A stretch of DNA of 64,000 nt, taken from Tubulanus polymorphus. Lineage: Eukaryota > Animalia > Nemertea. Both the position numbers and the translations under genes were made by a program. The DNA is taken from NCBI RefSeq assembly GCF_964204645.1, contig NC_134025.1, positions 19,195,101-19,259,100 of the forward strand, read 5' to 3'. The notes below the pieces were generated by a model, which was not told the origin of the DNA, did no database searches, and worked only from the letters and a program-made list of their open reading frames with translations. The stretch's first letter is position 1. Each line of letters opens with the position of its first letter. Positions 11,830-23,421 of this stretch are shown here, piece after piece.

Positions 11830-14800
11830 ATGGGAGAGAATGAACACCAGCCAGAAAATAATAATGTTAATAAAAATCAATATTATTGTCAATATTGTAA
11901 AAAATACGTCGATACATCTAATAAAACACGACATGAAAAAACTGCAAATCATATAAAAAATGTAATAGATTTTGAAACTCCAGAAAATTCCAATGAAAGA
12001 AAAGAAAGATTAGAAAATATGAATGTGGATGAAATAAAATGTGAAGTTTGTAATGAATTTATAGTAAAAAGGAATTATAATAGACATCTCGAATCACAAA
12101 AACATTATAAAAATTTAAATAAAAATGTTTTAGGATCAGAATATTTTGATAATAAACCTCAACAAGTAAAAAAATCAACTTCAAAGACTAAATCCATTTC
12201 AAATAAACCTTACATGGAAAATGTTAGAAATTATATTGATTCGCTAGAAATAACGATACAATTGAAATTTTAGAAACATTACATAGTAAAATTGGTCCTG
12301 CAGCTATTATATTTTGATTTTTTAAAGGTACTACAATAGAAGATTATAGTAAATTTAATGAAATAATAGAAAAAATACTAGATTTGATAGCAGATGTTGA
12401 ATATCCAAAAATTAGTATCTCTGGGAAAGTAAGTTTTATAAAGTCAGAAGAAAAAATGGATTATAATATTCAAACACTCTCTGAAGAAATAATTTCAAAA
12501 ACACAAATAAAAGAGAAGTTAGAAAAAATATTTTATGAATTTAAACGTCATATTGAAGAAAGATATTTTGAGGGTTCTGGCTTAACATTGAATGAAATTA
12601 TATATTTAGATTTAAATGTTTATAATACAAAAAGGAATAAAACATCAAAAAGTAATAAAATGTTTAAAAATGATTCAAACTTTACAACAGAAAAGGATAT
12701 TAAAGCATCATCTTATATTAAATTACCATTTACAACAAAAGCAGTAATAAATGTTCAAAATGAAGATAATAAATGTTTTCTATGGTCAATTATTAGTTGT
12801 TTACACCCAACAGAAGATATGACGCATAGTTTTAGAATAACAAATTACCGGAAATATGAAACATTATATAAAATTGATCAATATCCAGTAACTATAAAAA
12901 TGATTCCTAAAATAGAAAAAGTTAATAATTTAAAAATAAATGTATTCGAATTAATGCAATTACCAAAGACAAAAGGTGAAAATATTAAAGATTATACATT
13001 GGAAGCTTTATATTAACAGAATATTATGATGATGAAAATGCTATAGATTTGTTATATTACAAAAAAGATGAAAATGAACATTATATGTGGTTAAAACAAA
13101 TTGATTTATTCTTTAGAACAACAGAAAGTGATCATCATCGTAAAATTTATCTATGTAGAAAATGTTTATCTAAATTTATGACTGAGAATGCGTTACTAAA
13201 ACATAAAGAATTATGTGATAATAAAGATTTTTGTAAATTAATAATGCCAACAAAAAAAGATTGTAAGTTGAAATTTACTAATCATAAATTTAAGAATATT
13301 GTTCCATTTGTAATTTATGGGGATTTTGAATCATTGAATAAAGAATTAACCGATCAAGATAGAAAAGAAATATATAATAAAAAGCAATTATTAAAATCAA
13401 TGGATAAAGGAAGTGAATTAAATGAAGATATAATTCAAGACCCACCAATTATAAATACAATTAAAAAAGTTCATCAAAGAGCTGCTGCTTATGGAATTTA
13501 CATAAAATCAAATTATCCTGAATTATATGAAAGTCAATATATTTCTTTTAGAGGTGAAAATGTAGTTAATGATTTTTGTGACAAAATGATTGAATTAGAA
13601 AGTGATTTTGCAAAATTATTAAACAAAAATAAAAGAATAGTTATGACAAAAGAAGATGAAATTGATTTTAATTATGCAACTCATTGTTGTTATTGTGAAA
13701 AACGTTTTTATTCATTTGATAAAAAAGTTAGAGATCATGATCATTTAAATTCAAAATATCGTGGAGCTGCTCATGAAGATTGCAATTTACAAGCTAAGAA
13801 AGTTAATTTCGTACCAATATTATTTCATAATTTATCAGGATATGATACCCATCTATTTATAAAACAATTATCGGGAAAATTGGGTGCAATTAATCAAGAA
13901 ATAGAAGAATATAATGCTATGAATGAAGCAAATGTAAGAAAATATGATTTTAAACTATTAGCTAAAACATCTGAAAATTATATTTCATTTCAATTTGGTT
14001 GCATTAGATTTTTAGATTCTTATAGATTTCTAGCAAGTTCATTAGATAATTTATCAAAAAGTTTAGTTGATAATGATTTTGTTATAATTCGATATTATTA
14101 TCCAAATGAACAAGATTTTAAATTATTGAGATATAAAGGCGCAATTCCTTATTCATTTTATAAAACACACAATGATTTTAATGTAACAGAATTATTAAAA
14201 GATCAATTTTATGATCAATTAAAAGAGGAGTATGTGAAAGACGAAGTTTTTAATAGAACATTAAATATTTGGAACCATTTTAAGATGAAAAATCATGGTG
14301 AATTAGTTGATTTATATTTAAAATCAGATGTTATGATATTGGCTGACATATTTGAAAAATTTAGAGAAGTTAATTTGAATCATTTTAATGTTGATCCTTG
14401 TTATTGCTACTCTAGTCCTGGTTTAACCTGGCAATGTGGTTTAAAATATACAAATGTAGAATTAGATTTATTAAAAGAACCAGACATGGTTTTATTATTT
14501 GAAAAATCAATTAGAGGTGGAATTAGTGGTGTTATGGGAGATAGGTATTTTAAAGCAAATGATGAATATAAATTATTATATATTGACGCCAATAATTTAT
14601 ATGGTTGGGCAATGATGCAACCTCAACCATATAAAAATTTTATATAAACAGAAGTTGAAAATGGTGATAAAACTGATTGGGAAAGCGCAATTGCGAGTTT
14701 AAAAGATGAAGCACCAATTGGTTATTTCTTTGTAGTTGATTTAGAATATCCTGAAAATATAAAGTTTAAAACAAGAAACTTACCTTATTGCCCAGAACAT

Positions 14801-16891
14801 TTAACTGTAGATGATAGTTATTTAAGTGAATACCAGAAGAAAATAAAACCGAATGATCATGTTTTTACAGAAAAATTAATACTTACTCAAAATAATAAAT
14901 ACAATTATATTGTTCATTATAGAATGTTAAAATTTTATCTAAAACAAGGAATGAAATTAAAGAAAGTACATAGATATATTGAATTTAATCAATCGAAGTG
15001 GTTAGAAAAATATATAGATTTCAATACTCAACAGAGAACCATATCAAAAACAGATTTTGAAAAAGATTTCTTCAAATTAATGAATAATAGTTTTTATGGT
15101 AAAACATGTGAAAATATTAGAAATAGAAATGATATTGAATTAGTGAATAATTCTGAAAGATTAAGACATTTACAATCAAGTCCTAGCCATTTAGGAAATA
15201 AAAGATTTGAAGATTATTTAACAGCAGTTAAATTAAAAAGGACGTCAATGAAATTTAATAAACCTATATTTATTGGTTCGACTGTTTTAGAAGTATCAAA
15301 ATTATTAATGTATGATTTTTATTATAATGTTTTACAACCACTTTTTGGGGAAAAGCATATTGAAATATTATATTTTGATTCTGTAACAGCTGACACCCCA
15401 ATATTATTAAAATGTAATGATAAAATATTGATAAGAAGAATTTCAGAAATAATTCCAAAACAAAATGAATGTTATATTTCATATGGAGAAAAAGAATTAA
15501 TGCAAATAAATGGTTTAATGGATGTTTGGACAAGTAATGGATGGAAAAAATTAAAGAATATTATTAGACATAAAACAAATAAGAAAATCTATAGAGTTAG
15601 AACTAAATTAGGATTTGTAGATGTTACAGAAGATCATAGTTTAATTAAACGAAATGGCGATGAAATAAAACCAACTGATATAAAAATTGGAGATGAATTA
15701 TTACATAAAAGATTTTTCCAAAGAATGAATCATATGTCATTTGATGAAATTATTGATAATATTTATAATATAGAACCCGAAACATTAGAAGAAAAAGAAT
15801 ATTTTATCAAAGGATTTTTCATGGGTGATGGTTCAGCAGGTGTGTATAATTATGTTAATCGCACTCAATATCGTTGGTATTTATGCAATCAAGATTTGAA
15901 ATTGTTAGAAAGAATAAAGAAATTCTGCGAAGAAGTTTATTCACATAAAACATTTAGAATCATGGATCATATGAAATCATCCGCGGTTTATAGAATATTT
16001 GTAGATAATCCTAAAGATTTTGCTACAAAATATAATGATGAATTCTATATTCATGCAATAGTGAAAAGTAATACTTCAACTAAAGAAAAGATAGTTCCAG
16101 ATTATGTATTAAGTGCAAAAAATAATTTAAGAAAATGGTTCTTCATTGGATTCTATGCAGCAGATGGTTCAAAAAGTTTCAAAACAATATCTTTAGCTCA
16201 AAAAGGAAAAGTTGCTATATCAGGATTGAATATATTATGCAGTTCATTAGGATTTAATATGAATATAGAATTAATTAAATCTAAACCAAATTGTTTTAAT
16301 TTAAGGCATGTAGAAAAAGAATTAACAGAAGAAGTTAAAGATTTATTTGAAATATATAACCCAACTGACTATGTTTATGATTTATCAACAGATGATGGAA
16401 CATTCAATTCTGGGTTCCCATTAATCCAAAAAAATACTGACAGTTACATACTAAAAATCAAGACAAATGATATAACAAAAGACTTAAAAACATTAAAACA
16501 TTATTTTGATTTTAGCAATTATCCCAAAGATCATGAATTGTTTAGCAATGATAATAAAAAGATTCCTGGTAAATTTAAAGATGAATTAGGGGGTGTTGAA
16601 ATGATTGAATTTGTTGGGATAAGAAGTAAAATGTATAGTTACAGAACAAAAGATCATGAAGCTAAAAAGTTAAAAGGAATAACAAAACATGTGGTTGATA
16701 AACATATAGAATTTCAAGATTATATAAAGTGTTTATATAAATCAATTGTAATGAAACACAAAATGAATTGTTTAAGATCAGAAGATCATGAGATGTACAT
16801 TAATGAAGTTGAAAAAACTAGTTTAAATCCATTTGATGATAAAAGGCATATTTTAGATGATGGTATAAAAACATTACCTTATGGTCATTAA
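11830..16891 (+). pseudogene. polB: Protein-primed family B DNA polymerase with intein, disrupted upstream of the intein
   Basis: Same motif order as copy A (IYGDFES, VRDHDHLN, FHNLSGYD, YIDANNLYG, KLMNNSFYGK, YFD/TDS, RSKMYS); frameshifts near 12250 and 13013, stop ending at 14647. Confidence 0.93.
15380..16435 (+). mobile_element. Intein (352 aa) with LAGLIDADG homing endonuclease in pPolB motif C
   Basis: In-frame 1056-bp insert between YFD and TDS, absent from copy A; block A SVTADTP, block B VTEDHSL, LAGLIDADG-like FIKGFFMGDGS and FFIGFYAADGS, block F YVYDLST, C-terminal KN followed by Thr. Confidence 0.95.
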
Positions 16892-16946
16892 AACATAAAA
16901 TCAATATCATCATACTCGAAATCACTATTGGCTTCTTCATTTTCAT

Positions 16947-18200
16947 TTAATTGTTCAGGTTCTTCTTCCATTTCATTTTCTCATTTAAATAAAGTTCTAT
17001 CTTGTTCCACATTTCATCTCGCTCTCTTTGTTTCTTTTTGTTTGTTAATTCATCAAATGGAATTATAATATCTAGGTTTAAATAATTTACAATCTTATTT
17101 AAAAAGAATTCATAATTTATTGAATCTGTTATTCTATTTTCCAAATGATACATTAATATTTGTTTGAATATTTTTTTTATATTTTCCATATCTTCTGTTA
17201 ATTTAGGTTTTTCATAATAATCGTTAAATAATAAATATAAATACATTTTCTTTTGTTTTGTGTTAAATGTTGGCGGAATAATTGTTTTTATAATATCTTT
17301 TTTAGTTATTTCACCATTTTTATTTTCTATTATTTTCATTTTTTCAAGCCATTGCATATATTCTGGTGTATGATCTTCCATAGAAAATATTTTAAAAATT
17401 TCATCTAGATAATTTAATTTTGGATCTATGAGAAAATCTCTAGTTTTTTCTTCACCCAATAAATTCTTTTGCCATCCACATTCATTTCAAAATAACACAG
17501 TACCTTCTTGTCTTAAGGTCTCATAAATACATTGTGGGCATTTTTGTTTATAATTTATTAGTAATAGATCTTCATTAAGCTCTTGGTATTTTCTTACGTT
17601 TTCTTTATGTTTTATTGTTCTATTATGTACATTTGAATTACTTGTTGTAATAATCAATTTACAATATTTACAATAATATGTTTTTCTTGTTAATTCATTA
17701 TATTGTTTTTCTAACTTTTCAACTGTTTCTTTATTATCTGGTAACGTTTTCTCATATTTTATTTTTTCTAATAAATTATTTTTTCTTTCATTAAATTCAG
17801 TTTCAAATTTATTAGAAATTTTATCTATATGTACTTTACGAAATTGATGATTCTCCCAATCTTCTATATTTTCAGGGTTATATTTTATTCGACAAGGCTC
17901 ACAGAAATGATCTTTTATATTATCCTTATCATAGAATAAGAAAGGTCTTTTCCAAATAACTTCAGGTTCAACTTCGGCAGAATTACTATTACTTTCATTA
18001 CTATCAACATTAGCCGTTGCGCCATTAATTCTACACTTCTCTGAATGTTTTTTAACATAATTTCTTGAGAATAATTTATTACATTTTGGGCAGTTTAGTT
18101 TAGGGGGTTTATAATTTTCATCATGTTTTTTCATATGTCGAGCCATATTACTTTTTCTTAGAAGTTCACCACAAATTTCGCATGCTATCTTCTCATCCAT
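16947..18200 (-). pseudogene. Multi zinc-finger protein, one gene split by a nonsense codon
   Basis: ORFs 17487-18200 and 16947-17459 are in frame; the TGA falls in CPQC...F*NECGW where Cys is expected; C2H2-like motifs CEIC..H..H and CKYC..H..H. Confidence 0.7.
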
Positions 18201-18267
18201 TTATTAAGGAAAAATTTTATTAAAATTAATTTTTAGTGATGAGCGGTAATTTTTTATGTTATAGATA

Positions 18268-19026
18268 ATGGTAGAATTAAAAGAATACAGAATATTTGTT
18301 GATTCTAGAAAACTTACAAATTATAAATCACATAATTTACTAGTACAATTAGATAGAGAATTTAAGAATTGTGTAGATTTAAAATTAGTTAATATAAGTT
18401 TATGTAACTCATTTTACAATATATCGGATAAAAGTCTAGAACATTTAATTTTTTCAATCTTTTACAAAAAAAGGAATAAATGGTTTTTTTTATATTTAAA
18501 ACCAGGATTATATAATTTAGATACATTAGCACAAGAAATTAATAGAAAAGCTCGAGCTAAATTAGGAAGTGATTCCGGATTTAGTATTAGAATTTTAAAA
18601 AGTGATAGTGCTAATAAAATAAAGATTAGGTTAGCTAATGACGAACAATTTAAATTTACAGTAAGAAAACCTTTAGGTAAACTGTTAGGAATTAACCCAG
18701 ATATTGTTACAGCATACGCAGAAGGTAGATCAAACTTAATACCTTTTACACATTTTTATATTTATTGCAATTTGATTAACCCAACAAAAACATTTGAAGC
18801 AACTAAAGATACAATTTGTAATTCTGGTTTATTAAATATTTTACCATTAAAAAATGTCAAACAATTTGGAACTCAAATAAATTATAATTTAACTGAATGT
18901 GATTTCAAACCTTGTATTCCACATTTCAATAATTTTAAATTAGAAATAAGAAATCATAATGGTTATTTAATTGATTTGAATAACTTTCCTGTAATTTATG
19001 AATTAGTTATAAGATGTAAAGAGTAA
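18268..19026 (+). CDS. Minor capsid (penton-like, single jelly-roll) protein
   Basis: N-terminal IFVDSR, PGLYN, IYCNLI..LNILP, C-terminal LIDLNNFPVIYELVIR; pattern and size typical of Polinton/PLV minor capsid proteins. Confidence 0.7.
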   Translation: MVELKEYRIFVDSRKLTNYKSHNLLVQLDREFKNCVDLKLVNISLCNSFYNISDKSLEHLIFSIFYKKRNKWFFLYLKPGLYNLDTLAQEINRKARAKLGSDSGFSIRILKSDSANKIKIRLANDEQFKFTVRKPLGKLLGINPDIVTAYAEGRSNLIPFTHFYIYCNLINPTKTFEATKDTICNSGLLNILPLKNVKQFGTQINYNLTECDFKPCIPHFNNFKLEIRNHNGYLIDLNNFPVIYELVIRCKE

Positions 19027-19042
19027 TTTTTTTGATATATAA

Positions 19043-19402
19043 ATGAATATAACTGTTGGACCGAGTATATGTTTTGGGTTTGATTTTAAATGTGAGAAAG
19101 AAATGAAATTTAATATGAATGATGTAATTACACATATCAAAAATATTGCATTTTCTAATGAAACAACATTTGAGTATAAAACAACAATAGATAAAGAAAC
19201 TTTAAATGTAGAAAAGATTACTAATTTAATTAGAGAATCTTTAAGATTTTATGAATTAGATGAAGATTTTATCATAGATGATATCAAAAACATATTATCC
19301 AAAATATATGATAATCATAAAAGTAGTAATGAAATAAATGTTGAATTAATCATAAATAAGATAACTAAATATTTTGATGATAGTAATTTTTTTGATAAAT
19401 AA
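19043..19402 (+). CDS. Hypothetical Polinton protein
   Basis: 119-aa ORF with TAAATG start; first ~24 codons duplicated at 11398. Confidence 0.6.
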   Translation: MNITVGPSICFGFDFKCEKEMKFNMNDVITHIKNIAFSNETTFEYKTTIDKETLNVEKITNLIRESLRFYELDEDFIIDDIKNILSKIYDNHKSSNEINVELIINKITKYFDDSNFFDK

Positions 19403-19624
19403 ATGAGTGATAATAAGTGGATAATAACTGGATTATTTAATGGAGCATTACTATCAGTTGGAACTGTTGGTTATTCAATGGTATTAAAAAAAGTATTCAA
19501 AATGGGAAGTGTTAATGTTGATAGATTTGATATAAATGATATTTTGAAATTAACATTAGCAGTTACTTTATCTAATTTAACTATTGATTATTTGGAAAAA
19601 CAAAAATATATTCCTCCCATATAA
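19403..19624 (+). CDS. Small hydrophobic protein
   Basis: 73 aa, two hydrophobic segments, TAAATG overlap with upstream stop. Confidence 0.6.
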   Translation: MSDNKWIITGLFNGALLSVGTVGYSMVLKKVFKMGSVNVDRFDINDILKLTLAVTLSNLTIDYLEKQKYIPPI

Positions 19625-19648
19625 ATGCATAATTTTTTTGCTAAATAA

Positions 19649-20071
19649 ATGGCTTCTGCAATTATAACTATTATAGGATCGGCAATTGTTAACGCTTTAG
19701 CATTTACTGGTGGTGGTTATTTATTTAAACATATTGATAAAAATAGTTCATTAGGAGAACAAAGAAGACTTAACTTAGCGTTAGAGAAATATAATAAAGC
19801 TGCAGAAGAATAAAGAGAAAAGAGGCAAAACTATATGGATTATATTAACAAAGAATTATATGATCAGAAGATTTCACATAGAGATTTTCAATCAGTTGAT
19901 GATGCAATGAGTTTATATAACGCGGTAACCAATAAAGAAAAATTACATCTATACAAACCTAAATTATCAGATTATTATACCCCGAGTAAAGAACAACAGA
20001 AATATGAAATAATATGGATTTTAGGTGGAACTGTTATTGTTATATTTGTAGCATATAAATTTACTAATTAG
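19649..20071 (+). pseudogene. Small membrane/coiled-coil protein with premature stop
   Basis: MASAIITIIGSAIVNALAFTGGGYLF.. is in frame with ORF 19835-20071 through a TAA at 19811-19813; C-terminal hydrophobic helix. Confidence 0.65.
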
Positions 20072-20091
20072 TAATTTTTTTTGCTAAATAT

Positions 20092-20525
20092 ATGGAAGAT
20101 AAAGTTGATAATATTGATATTATTCCTCATGATATAAATAAAACTAAATTAAAAATATACTTAGAAAAACAAATATTAGAATTTGAAAGTGACTTAAAAG
20201 TTAAAAAGAAAAAATATCTAAAAGTAAAATTATATATTATTTGATTATAAGTGGTTCGGTTACAATTAGTTCTGTAATAACATTTCTAGCAATATTCAGT
20301 CCATTAACACCTTTAGCTATATCAATTGGTGTGTTAGGATTAAGTTCAAGTGTTTTAACCGGTATAAGTTCAAAATTAAATATAAAAAGTAATAAAGAAA
20401 AAATTAAAACTAATATAAAAGAAATTAATAAATTAAAGAATACACTAGATTATATAATAAGTTTAAATGGCCATATAACAGTTGAAGAACAAGATAAATT
20501 ATTAAAAGAATTAATAAATTATTAA
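20092..20525 (+). pseudogene. Small two-TM protein, frameshifted
   Basis: ATG at 20092 after T-run, frameshift near 20240 into hydrophobic ORF 20241-20525. Confidence 0.55.
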
Positions 20526-20541
20526 TTTTTTAATTATATAA

Positions 20542-21930
20542 ATGGTAGATAGTTTTCCAAAAGCTTTCCAATATAATAAATCAATTAAATATAATATTCC
20601 AGCAATAGATTTTAATAAAGATATAATATATAGAAATGAAGTTTTAGATTCATTAACTAATTTAGAAATTTATGTTACTGAAACTAATAATTTTAATGCA
20701 AAGATGGAAAATATATTTCATGTATATTTAATTAATTTTAAAAAATTGAAAGATGAAAAACAATGGTTATTAAAATCTAATATGAAGTATTGGCAGAATC
20801 AATTAAATTTTGCTGTTTATTGTGCAACACCAGGATGTGGAATTAGTTGGAATGATCATTTGAATAATTCTAAATATAAACTAATTCAGAGTTTATTTAG
20901 ATTTCATACATACTTTCAAATTAGAATAATATTAAATGAATTAGAGTGCGCTTTACCAGGTTTAAGATATTTTAAAGAATTAGATAATAACATTAATTTA
21001 TCAAAGTTTTATAAAATTTGTAATGAATTTAATATAGATATAAATAATTCTGATTTTAGAACAAAAATTGGAACAATAAGATCACTTCCTTGCCCTAAAA
21101 AGATTGCAGAATATTGTGCACTTCCCATACCATCTAATAGTTTTTATAATATCTATAATAATAAATTAGGTTATGGTAAAATAGAAACTAAGGATTTAGA
21201 AACATTAAATTTCAATAAATTACCGAAATTTTATGATAATTCAAAACAAGAAAACAATAATGGTTGGGTTTATTTTATTTTAGAAAATAATGAAGGTTTT
21301 ACAAAATCAGGTATACAAAGAATAAATCAATCTATTAGAACTTATTTGATATGTATTTTAGGTGCGCAAGTTGAAACAAGATCCCCAATAGTTGGAAATT
21401 TAAATACATCATTTGATACACAGAAACAATTCAAAGTATTATTTGAAGATTCCATACATAATGATAAAAATAGATCGATTCCAGAAAACATTGTAAGATA
21501 TCAAAATTATTTAGATAAATCACATATTAGATTAAATTATTGTATAGGCCCTAATCTATTAATTATTTCTTATGATTTAGTATTAAAGATGGGAAACATA
21601 ATTGGTTATAATAATCTAATTAAAACTGCAACAATAAATAATTCATTTGGATTGAATGATATAAATAAAAAGATTATTACTGCTCCAAAATTAATGGAAG
21701 GCGAAAAAAATAAAAAACACATTCAAATAACAGAAACTAAAACTAAGAATATTAAATTAAATAATGATTCTAAAATAAAAGATTACAATACATCAGAAAA
21801 TATTAAAACTGATAATATTCAACATTTTATAATTAAACTAAATGATGATAATAAATTACATGAAAATACTAAATTAGCTTTAACTTGTATAGGAATTGTT
21901 ATAGGAGGAATATTATATTTTAAATTTTAA
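20542..21930 (+). CDS. Polinton protein of unknown function with C-terminal TM anchor
   Basis: 462-aa open ORF; WQNQLNFAVYCATPGCG and GIQRINQSIRTYLICILGAQ blocks; hydrophobic tail. Confidence 0.75.
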   Translation: MVDSFPKAFQYNKSIKYNIPAIDFNKDIIYRNEVLDSLTNLEIYVTETNNFNAKMENIFHVYLINFKKLKDEKQWLLKSNMKYWQNQLNFAVYCATPGCGISWNDHLNNSKYKLIQSLFRFHTYFQIRIILNELECALPGLRYFKELDNNINLSKFYKICNEFNIDINNSDFRTKIGTIRSLPCPKKIAEYCALPIPSNSFYNIYNNKLGYGKIETKDLETLNFNKLPKFYDNSKQENNNGWVYFILENNEGFTKSGIQRINQSIRTYLICILGAQVETRSPIVGNLNTSFDTQKQFKVLFEDSIHNDKNRSIPENIVRYQNYLDKSHIRLNYCIGPNLLIISYDLVLKMGNIIGYNNLIKTATINNSFGLNDINKKIITAPKLMEGEKNKKHIQITETKTKNIKLNNDSKIKDYNTSENIKTDNIQHFIIKLNDDNKLHENTKLALTCIGIVIGGILYFKF

Positions 21931-21946
21931 TTTTTTTATTATATAA

Positions 21947-23401
21947 ATGGATGTAGAAGGTGGAGAAGATATTGGAATGGATCCTTTTGATGAACCTGGT
22001 ATAACTGATGAACAACCACCTGATTTTGATGAAACAAGTTTTAATGATGGTAATGAGCCAGAATATAATAATAATTTGAATATGCCTGATTATATTAAAA
22101 ATGCAGAATCACAATTAAATCCTGAAAATTTAGACCCATATTTAGTAAAAGAAGAATTAAATAATTTAAACAAAATAGCTAAATTAGAAGATATAATTAA
22201 AAAATCTAAACTTAACATAAATGATGAAGACGTTGGACCTTTAGTAGATAAATTAAGATTTTTAGATAATGGTAAATGGTATTATCATTTGAAAGGTGAT
22301 TATTATATTGATATCACTTATAAACGTGAAAAGAAAATATTATCAGAATCAACTTTAGAAAAATTAGAACCAGATAGAATTAAAAGAATAAGTAATAGTA
22401 ATGAAATAACTGATGTTACACAAAAAGAAAGAGATGATAATATAGACGTATTTAAACAAAGAATTAATGAATTATTTGAAATAATCAAAAAGAAATCAGA
22501 AACAGAAACAACATCTGAACAGAATATAACTTCCAAAACTAGTAAACTTAAATCAAATAAAGTTTCAATTGAAAAACTTTTACCGAATGGATTAATTGAT
22601 GCAACAGATCAACAATTAGAAGATTTAAATATATTTTCTGATGAAGCAATTAGAGAAATTATTAGTATAAGAAATGAAGCTGATAAAATTGCACATAATA
22701 AAAGTATAAGAGATCAAAAAATTATGTATTTGGAAAAAGAATTAACTAATGCAAATAAAGAAATAGAACAATTAAAGTCTGATTTAGATCATCAAGTAAT
22801 TGATGAAATAGAATATAGGCAAAAAGAATTACGCTTAGAAAAAGAAAAAGATGATTTAGAATATAACATAGAATTACAAAAAGAAGAAATTAAATCATTA
22901 TTAAAATCATATGATTATAATATAAATAGATTAAAAGATGTTTTTAAAAGATATCTAATAAAACCAGATTCTAAAATATCATTGAAAGATAGAATAAAAT
23001 TATTATTTAAGTTTGAAGGAATAACAATTCTTTCAATTCTAACAGCTGTAACTATGTTATTTACAACAATTGGTTTAGCTATATCAAATGCTTTGAAATC
23101 TACTCCTACTCCAAATAAAACAGATAAACCCCCAGATAATAATTCTATACAAGATAAAGTTAAGGATGGTTTAAAGAAATTAGCAAAATATTTATGGGAA
23201 CTATCTAAAAAATCTGCTGCAGCATTGCCAGGAGTTATTGCATCAATTGTTGGTTTTATATTGAAATCTGCTGGGAATATTCTTAACTTTGCTGCTGAAC
23301 ATATTATTTTATTTTTAATTACAGTTGTAAGTGCTATTATTTTTGGGTTAGTAAATATGATATCAAAAAGATATCAAGAAAAAATAATAAAAAATAAATA
23401 A
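21947..23401 (+). CDS. Coiled-coil protein with C-terminal hydrophobic/amphipathic helices
   Basis: 484-aa open ORF; acidic N-terminus, E/K-rich coil, GITILSILTAVTMLFTTIGLAI and LPGVIASIVGFILK segments. Confidence 0.75.
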   Translation: MDVEGGEDIGMDPFDEPGITDEQPPDFDETSFNDGNEPEYNNNLNMPDYIKNAESQLNPENLDPYLVKEELNNLNKIAKLEDIIKKSKLNINDEDVGPLVDKLRFLDNGKWYYHLKGDYYIDITYKREKKILSESTLEKLEPDRIKRISNSNEITDVTQKERDDNIDVFKQRINELFEIIKKKSETETTSEQNITSKTSKLKSNKVSIEKLLPNGLIDATDQQLEDLNIFSDEAIREIISIRNEADKIAHNKSIRDQKIMYLEKELTNANKEIEQLKSDLDHQVIDEIEYRQKELRLEKEKDDLEYNIELQKEEIKSLLKSYDYNINRLKDVFKRYLIKPDSKISLKDRIKLLFKFEGITILSILTAVTMLFTTIGLAISNALKSTPTPNKTDKPPDNNSIQDKVKDGLKKLAKYLWELSKKSAAALPGVIASIVGFILKSAGNILNFAAEHIILFLITVVSAIIFGLVNMISKRYQEKIIKNK

Positions 23402-23421
23402 TTAATTTTTTTGTTTAATAA

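Noticed and set aside
6590-14650. Breaks at similar positions in both polB copies (programmed frameshift or readthrough?)
   Set aside because: The lesions differ in type and codon (+1 vs -1 in A-runs, different stops), and copy C has sense codons at the 8973-equivalent site; decay or homopolymer error is simpler
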